Notes: generated from the letters alone by a model not told the origin. A stretch of 64,000 nt of DNA from the human T2T-CHM13v2.0 reference genome, Homo sapiens (GCF_009914755.1 NC_060928.1); one strand, 5' to 3'; numbered from the stretch's first letter, positions 1 to 16,443 are shown. Translations and numbers: made by a program.

Positions 1-975
<975 letters not shown>

Positions 976-1023
976 TTATTTTGCTCGTTAGTTGATGCAG
1001 TTTCTTCCTAGTCTTGATGGTCT

Positions 1024-2038
1024 TTACATTTTGGCATGACTTTGCAGCAGCTGGTACTGGTTGTTCCTTTCCATGTTTAGTGCTTCCTTCAGGAGCTCTT
1101 TTAGGGCAGGCCTGGTGGTGACAAAATCTCTCAGCATTTGCTTGTCTGCAAAGTATTTTATTTCTCCTTCGCTTATGAAGCTTAGTTTGGCTGGATATGA
1201 AATTCTGGGTTGAAAATTCTTTTCTTTAAGAATGTTGAATATTGGCCCCCACTCTCTTCTGGCTTGTAGGGTTTCTGCTGAGAGATCCGCTATTAGTCTG
1301 ATGGGCTTCCCTTTGAGGGTAACTCGACCTTTCTCTCTGGCTGCCCTTAACATTTTTTCCTTCATTTCAACTTTGGTGAATCTGACAATTATGTGTCTTG
1401 GAGTTGCTCTTCTCGAGGAGTATCTTTGTGGCGTTCTCTGTATTTCCTGAATCTGAACGTTGGCCTGCCTTGCTAGATTGGGGAAGTTCTCCTGGATAAT
1501 ATCCTGCAGAGTGTTTTCCAACTTGGTTCCATTCTCCCCATCACTTTCAGGTACACCAATCAGACGTAGATACGGTCTTTTCACATAGTCCCATGTTTCT
1601 TGGGGGCTTTGCTCATTTCTTTGTATTCGTTTTTCTCTAAACTTCCCTTCTCGCTTCATTTCATTCATTTCATCTTCCATCGCTGATACCCTTTCTTCCA
1701 GTTGATCGCATCGGCTCCTGAGGCTTCTGCATTCTTCACGTAGTTCTCGAGCCTTGGTTTTCAGCTCCATCAGCTCCTTTCAGCACTTCTCTGTATTGGT
1801 TATTCTAGTTATACATTCTTCTAAATTTTTTTCAAAGCTTTCAACTTCTTTGCCTTTGGTTTGAATGTCCTCCCGTAGCTCAGAGTAATTTGATCGTCTG
1901 ACGCCTTCTACTCTCAGCTCGTCAGTCATTCTCCATCCAGCTTTGTTCTGTTGCTGGTGAGGAACTGCATTCCTTTGGAGGAGGAGAGGCGCTCTGCTTT
2001 TTAGAGTTTCCAGTTTTTCTGTTCTGTTTTTTCCCCAT
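1024..2038 (-). pseudogene. L1 ORF1, disabled
   Basis: ATG 2038 (MGKKQNRKTGNSK) to TAA 1024 spans 1015 nt versus the canonical 1017, owing to a 2-nt deletion near 1923 (AATGACTGAC vs AATGACTTTGAC). There is also a TTA>TGA change near 1781. Only the C-terminal 248 aa remain open. Confidence 0.9.
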
Positions 2039-2493
2039 CTTTGTGGTTTTATCTACTTTTGGTCTTTGATGACGGTGATGTACAGATGGGTTTTTGGTGT
2101 GGATGTCCTTTCTGTTTGTTAGTTTTCCTTCTAACAGAGAGGACCCTCAGCTGCAGGTCTGTTGGAATACCCTGCCGTGTGAGGTGTCAGTGTGCCCCTG
2201 CTGGGGGGTGCCTCCCAGTTAGGCTGCTCAGGGGTCAGGGGTCAGGGACCCACTTGAGGAGGCACTCTGCCAGTTTTCAGATCTCCAGCTGCGTGCTGGG
2301 AGAACCACTGCTCTCTTCAAAGCTGTCAGACATGGACATTTAAGTCTGCAGAGGTTACTGCTGTCTTTTTGTTTGTCTGTGCCCTGCCCCCAGAGGTGGA
2401 GCCTACAGAGGCAGGCAGGCCTCCTTGAGCTGTGGTGGGCTCCACCCAGTTCGAGCTCCCCGGCTGCTTTGTTTACCTAAGCAAGCCTGGGCA

Positions 2494-2802
2494 ATGGCGG
2501 GCGCCCCTCCCCAAGCCTCGCTGCCGCCTTGCAGTTTGATCTCAGACTGCTGTGCTAGCAATCAGCGAGACTCCGTGGGCGTAGGACCCTCCCAGCCAGG
2601 TGCGGGATATAATCTCCTGGTGTGCCGTTTTTTAAGCCCGTCGGAAAAGCGCAGTATTCGGGTGGGAGTGACCCGATTTTCCAGGTGCTGTCCGTCACCC
2701 CTTTCTTTGACTGGGAAAGGGAACTCCCTGACCCCTTGCACTTCCCAAGTGAGGCAATGCCTCGCCCTGCTTCGGCTCGCGCACGGTGCGCGCACCCACT
2801 GA
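2494..2802 (+). CDS. L1 ORF0 (antisense-promoter ORF), 102-aa extended form
   Basis: Strong Kozak context GCAATGG. MAGAPPQASLPPCSLISDCCASNQRDSVGVGPSQPG...VTRFSRC matches primate ORF0 and reads past the 71-aa L1HS stop because of one extra base near 2689. Confidence 0.75.
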   Translation: MAGAPPQASLPPCSLISDCCASNQRDSVGVGPSQPGAGYNLLVCRFLSPSEKRSIRVGVTRFSRCCPSPLSLTGKGNSLTPCTSQVRQCLALLRLAHGARTH

Positions 2803-2947
2803 CCTGCGCCCACTGTCTGGCACTCCCTAGTGGGATGAACCCGGTACCTCAGATGGAAATGCAGAAATCACCGTCTTCGGCGTCTCTCATGCTGGGAGCT
2901 GTAGACCGGAGCTGTTCCTATTCGGCCATCTTGGCTCCTCCCCCATA

Positions 2948-3235
2948 TTTTTTTTCTTGAGACAGGGTCTTGCTGGGACGCCCAGGCTGGAGTGCAGTAG
3001 TGTGATCTTGGCTCACTGCAGCCTTGACTTCACAGGCTCAAGTGATCCTCCCACCCCAGGCTCCCAAGTAGCTGGGACTACAGGCACCTCCACACCTGGC
3101 TAATTTTTGTATTTTTCTACAGACAGGATTTCACCATGTTGCCCAGGCTGGTCTCAAACTGCTGACCTTAAGTGATCTGCCTGCCTCAGCCTCCCAAAAT
3201 CTTGGAATTACAGACATGAGCCACCCCTCCCGGTC
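2948..3235 (-). mobile_element. Alu (AluJ-like)
   Basis: T-run followed by reverse-complement Alu (gagacagggtct...ctcccaagtagctgggactacagg...). Confidence 0.9.
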
Positions 3236-3289
3236 TTAACCTGATATTTTTAATAATAATTAAAAATATTTATTAAAAGGCTACCAGAA

Positions 3290-3600
3290 GACCAGACGCA
3301 GTGGTTTACACCTGTAGTCCCAGCACTTTGGGAGGCTGAGGCGGGTGGATCACCTAAGCCCAGGAGTTTGAGACCAGCCAGGGCAACATGGGGAGACCCT
3401 GTCTCTACTAAAAATACAAAAATTAGCCAGGCGTGGTGGCGCACGCCTCTCGTCTCAGCTACTCACGGGGCTGAGGTGGGAGGATCACTTGAGCCCAGAC
3501 AGTCGAGGCTGCAGTGAGCCAAGATCACACTATTGCTCTCCAGCCTAGGTGTCCCAGCCAGACCCTGTCTCAAGATAAAAAAAAAAAAAAAAAAAAAAAA
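3290..3600 (+). mobile_element. Alu (AluJ-like)
   Basis: Dimeric Alu with A-rich linker and poly(A) tail. Confidence 0.9.
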
Positions 3601-4113
3601 GCCACTGAAGCCTGGAATAATGCTGGTACTTTATGACTGTAACAAAAAAAAAAAAAAGACTTGAAAAGTTGCCCTGACATCATAAAGATGTGGTGAAGCA
3701 AGACCATGTCCTGGAACGCAGGTGCCCCTTGTCTGTTCTTTTGTTCACAACACCCAAAGGAGAAGGTCCAGGCATGGTAAGGGGGTGAAAAACATGAGAG
3801 CTCTTAGTATCTTTTGAAATGTTCCGTACTGAATAACAGAGAGCGGTGTCTGGAAACAGTAAGAATGGTTAAAGCCTTGGCTTGTGTTGGGAATTTGGGA
3901 AAAAACATAGCCACATTCTAACTCATTCCTCATTACTTTGGTTTGAGGATACAAGAAAGGCACGGCATCCAGTATTTGTCTGGATAAAAGAAAAATCATA
4001 CCTTCTGTCCAGATGCTGGGTCTCACTGCTTCCAGGTGCTTGTCCAAGGCACGCACAGTGATGGCATCATCTGACTTGCATCTGGGTGTTTCGGTGTCGC
4101 CTAGCCACACTCA

Positions 4114-4441
<328 letters not shown>

Positions 4442-5185
4442 GAAATCAGATGCCCGAGCAGCATGGGGTTCCATGCCTGTCTCCCTACAGCAGCACGTCA
4501 TATCCACTCTGTGGTCCAGATTTCCCATACTCCAACCAGGGGAAATACCGCAGAGATGAAGGAGGGTCCAGGAAGCAGTAAAGAATTAATACAAATTAAA
4601 ATGAATGCCAAGGAAAATGCAAACACATGGGCAATAATAACATGGCAGCACTGTCCCTGGAAGCTACAGTCAGTCTTCTGTAGTTCCTCCAAAGCCCGGG
4701 ATAATCTAAGGAAGAAAAAAAGGGCAACCTTAAACATTCAGGGTATTTTTTCCTTTCAAAACACAATCACAGGCGCTCAAGAGCCCTAAGAAAACCATTT
4801 AAATTGTGCAAAACCTCTTCTTGAGGCATCCAAAATTAGAGTGCAGGTATAAGCTGAAGAACTTGATTCTGCCATTTATCACTTTGATACAAATATTTCT
4901 ACAGACTTTAAAATATATATATGTAACTAGCCGGTAGCTTCTTTCCAAGGTACACAAAGTATTCTACAAAGCTCAACTCATAAAGTTTCACAAAATTCAC
5001 ATAAGGCAGGGAGCAACTGATATGCAGACAGTTCCGCATGGAAGCTCAGAAAGCCTCCAGCTGGCTGGTCAGAATCGAATAAAACTCACTGAAAGACAGA
5101 GCCTAAGGGATCTAGGCCAACCTCTTTATTTACAGATGGACAAAACAGACTCAGAGGGGTTGAAAGCCAAGGTCAGGCTGCTTCA

Positions 5186-5674
<489 letters not shown>

Positions 5675-6960
5675 TCAGCTCTCTGGGTGCTTCCCACCCT
5701 CAACATCATTGCTTTTTAGCTTATCGAGCTGCCATTCCACGGACTTCACCATACTCCCCTTGAACAGCCAATAGGAAAAGTTTAAGCTTAAGGATTATTT
5801 TTGCATGGGACATGTTTAATGTGAATGATAGAATGCAAAAGGCAGTTTTATTCCAAATTTTACAAATATATATGATGTATGTATATACACATATATTTAT
5901 ATATAAACGTGAGTGGTTGTGTGTGTGTGTAAAATTGGTCAGCTGGATCTGTCCACTTTGAAGGTTCTAGCTAGAATATGGTTATGTAAAATTAAGATGT
6001 TCCCATTTAATTTTTAACAATCAAAACAGTTAATGAGCATTTTGGAATGTACAAGCCACCCCTCCCACAAAGGTGCTGTAGAAGACCAGAGAATGAATAG
6101 GCCATGGTCTCTGCCCTTCAGAGGTTCACAGCCTGCAAACACTGGAGACTATTGGTAAAGCAGAATTTAATCGGGACCACATTTCTATTGCAATAATGAA
6201 GGCTGGGTTGTGTATGCCTCGGATGGCAGACGGTAACAGCCAGATTTAGTCCAAGGCTCTGGACGTGGCACCTAGCCACAGAGACTCTATGACAACACAT
6301 GGTGCTGAATTTGTCAGATAAGTACAATATTCGGATCATGTGTATGTGTTAGTAAAGGACTCTGAAGTCCCTGCCAGTTAACCAGATCTTCTCCAAAGAA
6401 AGACGCCTTCTCAAAAAACTGTGACGTTGCAGCACTGGGCCAAAAGCAATGATCTTGTTTATAACCTGCTGCTATTGAAACTCATTAATAATTTACAGTA
6501 ATGTGGGTTCCAACTTCTACTTAACTGCTCTTCAAAGGGCCAGAGTCACATTAACCGCTGTGTTTTATTTAATGTAGCCATGATTAATTTACTAAGCAAT
6601 TATTTTCCAGTGTCTTTTGGGGGAGGAGCTTGGAGTCATATGAACAGGTGTCATGTTTATCACCTTTAGAGCTCCTGAACAAACTTTAAGACACATACAT
6701 TTTGGTATTTTTCTTATCAGTTGCTTTAGTTTACAAAATTTAATTGAAATGGTTTTGAACAAATGCCAGGCTGTCTTTCTGCTTAATAAAACATTTTAAA
6801 AGAGCAGTTAATCTACTGCCTTGCACTTGTACCCAAGAAGTTGCTAAGTTAATTTACTGACAAAGAGAATCAATCATCGTAAATGGTGTTTAAACAATAC
6901 TGGGGACTCCGGTGTTGGAATAACATGATTTATTTTATCATCTTGTTGGTGTTGTAACAG

Positions 6961-7257
6961 GTTAATGGCAGAAACCTCCTTTCAGTTGACTTTGATCGAA
7001 CAACAAAGACAGAAAAGATCTATGACGACCACCGTAAATTTCTACTGAGGATCGCCTACGACACGTCTGGGCACCCGACTCTCTGGCTGCCAAGCAGCAA
7101 GCTGATGGCCGTCAATGTCACCTATTCATCCACAGGTCAAATTGCCAGCATCCAGCGAGGCACCACTAGCGAGAAAGTAGATTATGACGGACAGGGGAGG
7201 ATCGTGTCTCGGGTCTTTGCTGATGGTAAAACATGGAGTTACACATATTTAGAAAAG
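6961..7257 (+). CDS. TENM3: Teneurin-3 internal exon (YD-repeat shell), 99 codons, phase 0/0
   Basis: Acceptor taacag|GTT and donor AAG|gtatgc. Translates [34 protein letters not shown]...TWSYTYLEK. Confidence 0.95.
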
Positions 7258-10141
7258 GTATGCCTGCAAACTAAGCTCAACAATAGGGAAAGGATAATTC
7301 ACATTTTTCAGCAATCATCCAGAGCACTAAGGGGAAAAAAAACAGTGGCACATGACTGAGTTCCATTTGTTATTCGAAGTATCAATACGGAAGTCACATT
7401 GGCACAGCAGTGATGAATTTCTGCATTAGCAAAGTAGTTTCTCCTTAGTTAAGTTCTACTGTCTGAGACCCTTTTAAGTGATTTATGATGTAAACAAATA
7501 AGCATTAACGTTGTCCACCTGCCAAGCTTACACATTGACAACATTCACAAATTAGACCTTGAGCGTGTAAGTCGCTTGTAAATAATTTTCGTGCTAGCTC
7601 TTCCATTTAAGAGAGAGCCTTACATTAGCACAGTTAAAGCTGTCAGCTTTGTGTTATTCCTGGCAGAGCTTCAACATAATCATAAAAAGCATGTAGATCC
7701 TAGTTACGCATTATTAACCAAAAGAGGCGATTTTCTTAGAAAGCCACACTTTCAGGTACTCTGTGGCATCTTTCCTTTCTTCTACATATAAAAGGTAAGC
7801 CTCCTAGATTAGGCTGTTTTCCATTCTTGAGAACTATGCATAGTATCAAAAATGGAGACTTAGAATTACACGTGTGCAAAATGCTAAGTTGTATGCTGTG
7901 CGGCTTGGGGTATTGACTGGGGTCAGAGGAAATGAAAGTAAAAGAAAGGGAAGAAAAAGGAAAGAACAATCTCCATGTAATTCCTTTCTTAAGAAATATC
8001 CACCGAAAAGCATATTCATGGAATGTTTCATTTGCCTTTGAGACAAAAGTTCGCCCTAGAAAATGATTCTGTTTTGAGTTCCGGTAGCTCTCAGACCCCA
8101 GAGCATGGCACCACCAGTTACCCAGCAGCGCGTGCTACACACTACTCGGCAGTTACTGTTCCACCCCTCCTGACTGAAACGTTGCACAGAGGAACTCTTG
8201 TCACCCAAAGAAATCACATCACATCCATGTTGTCACTGTGCTCCCCTCACACAATCTTGTTCTTTACCAGAGGTGCCCTGGGGAATGGCTCAGTCTAAAC
8301 CTAACCCCCTGAACCCTGAGCCATCCCAACTAATTCCAGCCGGCGCCTGCACAGGCTACTCTTCCTGAGAACCAGTTTCAGTTCCAAAGCTCACTGTAGG
8401 ATGCTACCTCTCTTACGGCAGCCCCCCACCTCTGGGATGCGTCCAGCTAGGACCCTCATGGCCAATCCGTCCTCTTGCAAACTCACCTGTCCGCTCTCAT
8501 CAGAAGAGACTCACCCTTGAGACAATGAACCACACCTGTTAGATGACAAGCCCCTAACGCAATGTTTCTAAGTGGGAGAGGATCATGGCTTCGTTCTGGA
8601 GCAGTTTTCCCAATTTAAATTCAGTGCATTACAGAGAAGAATAACAGAAACATACAAGCACAACCCTTAAAATGTATAGTAGTGATCATAATGGCACTGG
8701 GAAATGTTTAGAGGGAGCCCAGGAGCATATCATTGAGAAGAGCCGCTGTCACAGAATGACAAAGGCAGTGACCAGGATCACCTGCATGCATCCAGGAGGA
8801 TCAGAAAAGACAACAGACAGATCTTTCTCATCGTCTCTCCCAAAACCCATCAAATCCACCCAGACTATTTCGATGTTCTTACTGGGATAGGTGCACTAAG
8901 CCAAAACTTACTCATAGCAAAACAAGTAATATTTTACAGACCACCATCAAATATGACTTCAGATGATTCCAAAAGTAGGTATTCATGTGAATTCGGCAAA
9001 GTCCAAGCTTTCCTTGGAACAATGCAAACTATTAGGAACAATTCTCAGGACATTTACTACACAACCTGCATGCAAAAATTGCCCCTGGGTCTGCCCAAAG
9101 AGGAGATTCTACAGAAGCTGAAGTCAGGCAAAGGAGAAGTCCCAGCAGGGCTCCCAAGCTCCACATCCTCCCTGTGCCAATGATGTTCCATTTGGCCCAG
9201 CGGGTTAGAGGAAGCTTCCTCAGAGGGAAGAGTCACCCACAGCCCTGTGTTACTGCTGAGCTTGACTTAACCAGCCTGGGATGACCTTCTCTCACATTTG
9301 TTGGCCTAGTAACTGTCATTTGTCTTTCGGCAGTGGCTCATGAAATAGAGTTCACTTTTAATACATTTACTCATTTCATAATTTAGCACCAAAGCAGTAT
9401 GTAGTCCAGAAACCATCCTTATTGCTCCTGAGATACAAATCGGATTTGGTATCCACAGAAAGAAAAGGAGATTTTATTGTCAGTACGGATGCCTTGTAAC
9501 AATTTGCCTGTATGTGTATATATAATATTTCTATTAAGGGCATTTATAGCTCTCATTCACCATGTGATTAATTTCACAATATTTTTTGGTGTCGATGCTT
9601 TGTATACACTTTATCCATTTTTGGCTAATTTTATGTCTTTATACAATAATATTGTGACTGCTTTGCCCCTCCCCCAAGTACACTAGAAATTAAACATGAT
9701 TTGAGTGGTTCTTCACTCAGATGAGGGGGGGAAAGCCACCTTACTAAATAATTGCTAATTATGGATAGAACTGCATTCCCCATATGCTCTTTTCTCCTCA
9801 AAATATTGTCTGTAAAGCAGCTTTGATCATGCCTGTATTATGACTAATCCAGATCCATTGACAAATCTGCTGGTTGGCTATGAATGTCTGGGAAAATAAT
9901 GGTACTGTCGTGACAGGCAGCACATTGTGAATCTCGAGCCACTAATTGCAGAACCCCTCACAATTAAGCATCCAAGCAAATTAGGCAGAGAAACGTTAAC
10001 AACACGCAAGGTCAAGGATAACTCAATTAAAATGAAAATCATTTTCTCTAGTGGAATGTTTCTGTGCATCTGTGGTCACTAAATCTGCTTTTGCATCTCC
10101 CGTTCACAAACACTGAGTAACAGTATGTTCTCTCTTTACAG

Positions 10142-11753
10142 TCCATGGTTCTTCTGCTTCATAGCCAGCGGCAGTACATCTTCGAATACGATATGTGGGA
10201 CCGCCTGTCTGCCATCACCATGCCCAGTGTGGCTCGCCACACCATGCAGACCATCCGATCCATTGGCTACTACCGCAACATATACAACCCCCCGGAAAGC
10301 AACGCCTCCATCATCACGGACTACAACGAGGAAGGGCTGCTTCTACAAACAGCTTTCTTGGGTACAAGTCGGAGGGTCTTATTCAAATACAGAAGGCAGA
10401 CTAGGCTCTCAGAAATTTTATATGATAGCACAAGAGTCAGTTTTACCTATGATGAAACAGCAGGAGTCCTAAAGACAGTAAACCTCCAGAGTGATGGTTT
10501 TATTTGCACCATTAGATACAGGCAAATTGGTCCCCTGATTGACAGGCAGATTTTCCGCTTTAGTGAAGATGGGATGGTAAATGCAAGATTTGACTATAGC
10601 TATGACAACAGCTTTCGAGTGACCAGCATGCAGGGTGTGATCAATGAAACGCCACTGCCTATTGATCTGTATCAGTTTGATGACATTTCTGGCAAAGTTG
10701 AGCAGTTTGGAAAGTTTGGAGTTATATATTATGATATTAACCAGATCATTTCTACAGCTGTAATGACCTATACGAAGCACTTTGATGCTCATGGCCGTAT
10801 CAAGGAGATTCAATATGAGATATTCAGGTCGCTCATGTACTGGATTACAATTCAGTATGATAACATGGGTCGGGTAACCAAGAGAGAGATTAAAATAGGG
10901 CCCTTTGCCAACACCACCAAATATGCTTATGAATATGATGTTGATGGACAGCTCCAAACAGTTTACCTCAATGAAAAGATAATGTGGCGGTACAACTACG
11001 ATCTGAATGGAAACCTCCATTTACTGAACCCAAGTAACAGTGCGCGTCTGACACCCCTTCGCTATGACCTGCGAGACAGAATCACTCGACTGGGTGATGT
11101 TCAATATCGGTTGGATGAAGATGGTTTCCTACGTCAAAGGGGCACGGAAATCTTTGAATATAGCTCCAAGGGGCTTCTAACTCGAGTTTACAGTAAAGGC
11201 AGTGGCTGGACAGTGATCTACCGTTATGACGGCCTGGGAAGGCGTGTTTCTAGCAAAACCAGTCTAGGACAGCACCTGCAGTTTTTTTATGCTGACTTAA
11301 CTTATCCCACTAGGATTACTCATGTCTACAACCATTCGAGTTCAGAAATTACCTCCCTGTATTATGATCTCCAAGGACATCTTTTTGCCATGGAAATCAG
11401 CAGTGGGGATGAATTCTATATTGCATCGGATAACACAGGGACACCACTGGCTGTGTTCAGTAGCAATGGGCTTATGCTGAAACAGATTCAGTACACTGCA
11501 TATGGGGAAATCTATTTTGACTCTAATATTGACTTTCAACTGGTAATTGGATTTCATGGTGGCCTGTATGACCCACTCACCAAATTAATCCACTTTGGAG
11601 AAAGAGATTATGACATTTTGGCAGGACGGTGGACAACACCTGACATAGAAATCTGGAAAAGAATTGGGAAGGACCCAGCTCCTTTTAACTTGTACATGTT
11701 TAGGAATAACAACCCTGCAAGCAAAATCCATGACGTGAAAGATTACATCACAG
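10142..11753 (+). CDS. TENM3: Teneurin-3 large exon (YD repeats and Rhs-core-like motif), phase 0/1
   Basis: Acceptor ctctttacag|TCC and donor ACAG|gtaagc. Many YD dipeptide repeats, plus [14 protein letters not shown]...[10 protein letters not shown]. Confidence 0.97.
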
Positions 11754-14504
11754 GTAAGCATTTTGATTCCTTCCCAAGAGCTGGAGGACTACCATCATTA
11801 GATTAATACACAAAATAACTGGAAATGCTTTTTTAAAAAACTTTATACTTTACTCAGGCAAAGGCAAATGGCTAACCTTTTAAATGTGTTTATTTCTTTA
11901 TGGAACCATAGAGAAATCACAAAGGGAAAATGAGACATAGTTACTTCCTATTCTGCCTGCCATTGCCCAAGGCCACAAGTTTTTGAAATGACATGTACTC
12001 AGTCATTTAAAGAAGGGGAACATGCGGGACCAAAAAACATGATGAACACAGAGTCCCAAAATTGGAGTCCCAATCCCAGCTCCTCTCCCACAAGTTGTGT
12101 AGCTCTGTAAGCAAGCCATATGTTTTTTGAGTTTCCATTCCCTTAACTATAAAATTGGGATAATAATGGCTAACTTAGGGCACAAATATAATACATGAAA
12201 TTCTGCAACAGATAGTAACTACCTTACGAATGTGTCATGTTGGGTTTTTTTAATACATGTGTGAAGTTCTCATGGAGATAATTAAGGTGAAACACAATAC
12301 AAGGTGACACCATTTCATCCCTGGGAGGTGTTTAATTCCTGCCTCACCACCATTGCCTCAGGACAGTCACGAAGCCATTTCTCCCATCAGTTGCTTAGAC
12401 AATGGATCCTGTGTCTGGACTCACTTCTGTCTTCTTACATCACTGTCTTCATTGCCAGTGCAGTTCTTGCATGGTGACAATACTAATAGGCATACTAATT
12501 TTTCCACGAATGTGGGATAATTTTCAGGGTACAGATTTAAGATCTTTCCAAGTTTAGTGCATGCTACCTTTTTAGTTATGCAAGATGTAGAACATCAGAT
12601 CCCACTTCTGCCACCATGGAACAACCAGCATGTGAAACAGACAAGGTCCTTGCAAGCATTACTCTAGTTCCCTTTAGTGAGCTGACTTCTTCACTCAACC
12701 TCTACTCCAAGAATTCTGAATCCTGCTGCTCCTACCTTCCATTCCTGATATACAGCACCATCATTAACCCCTCTACCACATTTATATTTCCAGGAGGAAG
12801 GTTCTTTCCTGTTGTCTTTTTTTTTGGGGCTTGATTTAAGGTATTTTGGTTTTGTTTTGGCTTGTGTTAGATGCTCCTTTAGGCTGCCTCTTTTCTAGCT
12901 CAATATTTGAGGCATACTGAGATGTCTGTTCTCTCAGTTCTCAAAACAGCTCTCAACAGGTTGCCCCCTGTTCATTTCACATCTGCTTCCTACCTTTCCA
13001 GACTGTCTAAAGCATTTCATATCTCTTCCATGTGAACCAGCTGAAAGTCCCTCCTTTCTGCCTCCTGATTCAGCAGCACCCTTATTCTCATTCAGGGTTT
13101 TTCAATACACATCTGCCTTCAAACCCCATTATTTTGGCAGTACTTTTCAATACTTACGGTCCTCTGATTTTCACTGTTATGCAGACATTGTTCAGAGTAA
13201 CAGAATTTTTGCCCCCAATACTCCAACATTTGGGAGAATTTTCTCCCAAAATAAGGCCCTCCCACCCCCAAACTCATATACACTCTTACATACACACAAA
13301 TTGTGTCACTTTGCATCCTGTGTGAACCACTTAGGATTTATGTCTCCCCACCACCACTACTACCACCCCATTTCAAATAAAAAGAATACCACTGGTTTTA
13401 TAGCCATATGATGCCTGGACGAATGACCTGCCAGCCTGGCAATGAGGTGAGAGTCTGTGCCCTAGAGAAGGAAATGGGAATCAAGTGGCTCTCCATCATT
13501 CTGACAGGCAGTTTACCACTGGTTATTTAAGGGGTGTTGACAGGGGCTGACTGAAAGTCTGGAAAGCCCACAGCTCCTGAATTCATCCTCTCCTAGCAAC
13601 GTGGACTGCAGGGAATGCCATAGCAGCATTTTCTGAAAAACATCAAAAGAGAGATGGAACAGCATAAAATATATTAGGTGAAATGCAATTTCAAATTTTC
13701 CAGCAATGTGCTTAATATATAAAATAATCTACACCCAACCGTACTCATAAAGCTGCAAGCCTGCTGAGTAGTTCTGTAACATTATAACCTCCAGAATAGA
13801 ATAAAAGCCTTATTCTGAGCTGAATGGCTTTTGGAGTCACATGGCAATATTTTAAAATACCACCTTAAAGGTTTCCGGGTTCTCTCCCCAAAAAGTTTGT
13901 CTCCACCTGTGCACAGTGAGCCTTTGAAGTCACAACTGATGGTAATCAGGACTTCTGGGCCCTTGGCCAGTTTTGCCAGCTTGCAGCATTCATCTTTGAT
14001 TAAGAATCAACTGTTGATTTTAATACTCTCAATTTAGGGGTTTTATTAATAGAAAATGGGTTGTGGAAGTCCGCATATCCTTGGGCAATCGCTTTGGAGA
14101 GCTAATAACACACAACTTCTATTTGAGACCAGCCTTGACCAACTACAAAATAAATTTCGTTTCTTTTCTACAAGTATGTCTCTCTCCTGCTGCTGTGCAT
14201 TGTTCTTACCTTTGCTAGCACTGTTACTAGCACAGGCTGCAACTTAGCAGGACTGATGGCTTACCCAGTCTGTCTGAGCATCTATTACTCGCATTTTTCG
14301 TAGCATTTGCCATAGTTCTGCTGTGAAGGTTACCGTCTTCATGTCTAAAAACAGTAGGTTTAGATTTGTAGGACGAAAGCAAACAGGTGCTCTTTTTCAG
14401 ATTATTAATTGTGAAATTGGATTTTCTTTTTAAGGTAAGAATTTAAATTTATGAAAGGACAAAACAAACTCCAACACCTTTCATTCTGAACATTCTTCTC
14501 CTAG

Positions 14505-14635
14505 ATGTTAACAGCTGGCTGGTGACATTTGGTTTCCATCTGCACAATGCTATTCCTGGATTCCCTGTTCCCAAATTTGATTTAACAGAACCTTCTTACG
14601 AACTTGTGAAGAGTCAGCAGTGGGATGATATACCG
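14505..14635 (+). CDS. TENM3: Teneurin-3 penultimate exon, phase 1/0
   Basis: Acceptor ttctcctag|AT and donor CCG|gtaaga. Translates (D)[43 protein letters not shown]. Phases fit both neighbouring exons. Confidence 0.95.
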
Positions 14636-15025
14636 GTAAGAAACAAAAAGACCTACGGAAAGGTGATAAGTAGCTTGTGTCTTATCTACCCATATCTAAT
14701 CAAACTACCCTTGTGAAAACTGTACCAAAGACAGTTTTTAACTTTTTGACTGTTTTAGGGAAAAAAAACAACACTTCCTCTGCATTTGTGTTCAACAAAC
14801 CAGAGGCCTGTTAAACAGGCTTAAATATGTTTTCAGCAATGCTAATGAAAACATAGAAATGCAGAAGCTCACTTTCGAGTGCTGGGTTTCTAAAAAGAAC
14901 CCCAAGAAAGCGTGGACCTGAAGGCAAAAATACAATAAACAAAAGGGCAGGGAACTCATATTACAAATTAGCAAACCACAAACAATGCCACAAGGTTCAA
15001 CTTCTTTAAAAATTAACAGTGTTTT

Positions 15026-15334
<309 letters not shown>

Positions 15335-15825
15335 TAGTGTTTCATAGGAAAAGATTAAAAATAAAAATAAATGTCCTCTGGTAAGGCTCCACCTACAACC
15401 AGGAAGGTTTATGGAATTTTCCTGAGAATAGCAGATCAAGAGGCCTGTAACCATTATAAGAAATAAAGAAATATAATAGAAAATTGCAAAGTCAAAGCTG
15501 CCGCTTCAGAAAGTGGTACTTCTAATCCCCACCAGAGACCAGAAAGGAATGCACAGCAAAACACCAGAATTTCCAGCTTACAGTAAGAATAATTAGAGAT
15601 GGAGAAACTGGGTGACTCCATGATCATAAGGAGAAGACAGTGCAGACTTTCTTAGGACAATTAATTCCCAACCACCCCTTGAGCAATTTCCTATCATTTC
15701 AATGAAAACAAAGAGAAGAGGCAGCCATGGTTAACACACACACAGGCTATCTACAGTACCAGTACCTGTTTTTTGTTGTTTCATACCTAATATAAAAGCA
15801 ATTCCTTTTTCATAAGTTACAAATA

Positions 15826-16443
15826 TAGTCGTGTGTGTGCAACATTTTGGTCAATGACAGACCTTGTATAAGGTGGTGATCACATAAGATTACAATATCA
15901 TATATATTTTTTTTTAATTGAAATGGGGTCTCACTGTGTCACCCAGGCTGGAGTGCAGCCTTGACCTCCTGGGCTCAAGCGATCCTCCCACCTCAGGCTC
16001 CCAAGTATCTGGGACTACAGGCACGTGCCACCACACCCAGCTAATTTTTTATTTTTTGTAGAGATAAGAGTCTCCCTGCGTAGCACAGGCTGGTCTTGAA
16101 CTCCTGGTCTCAAGCGTTCCTCCTGCCTCCACCTACTGAAGGGCTAGGATTACAGGCATGAGCCACCGGGCTCTGCCAACACTGTGTTTTTACTGTACCT
16201 CTTCTATGTTTAGATACACAAGTACTTACCATGGTGGTACAGTTGCCTGCAGTATTCAGTACAGTCACACCGTATACAGGTTTGCAGCCTAGAAGCCATA
16301 GGCCATCCCATACAGCCTACGTGTGCAGTAGGCTACACCATCTAGGTTTGTGTAAGTGCCCGCTATGATGTTCACACAAGGACGAAATGGCCTAATGCCA
16401 CATTTCTCAGAATGCCTCCCTGCGGTTAAGCAGTGCATGACTG
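15826..16443 (+). mobile_element. Tigger3a (MER7A)-like DNA transposon interrupted by a minus-strand AluJ (~15907-16177)
   Basis: Ends tagtc... and ...gcatgactg. Internal tttttactgtacc...tgtttagatacacaa...taggctacaccatctaggtttgtgtaagt matches the recalled consensus. Confidence 0.8.

Noticed and set aside
1024-1770. 248-aa ORF as an intact L1 ORF1
   Set aside because: It is only the C-terminal remnant downstream of a frameshift and a nonsense change.
10145-11806. 553-aa ORF as a stand-alone bacterial Rhs toxin or contaminant
   Set aside because: It is bounded by canonical splice sites with phases matching neighbouring exons and sits among primate repeats. The residues after 11753 are intron read-through.
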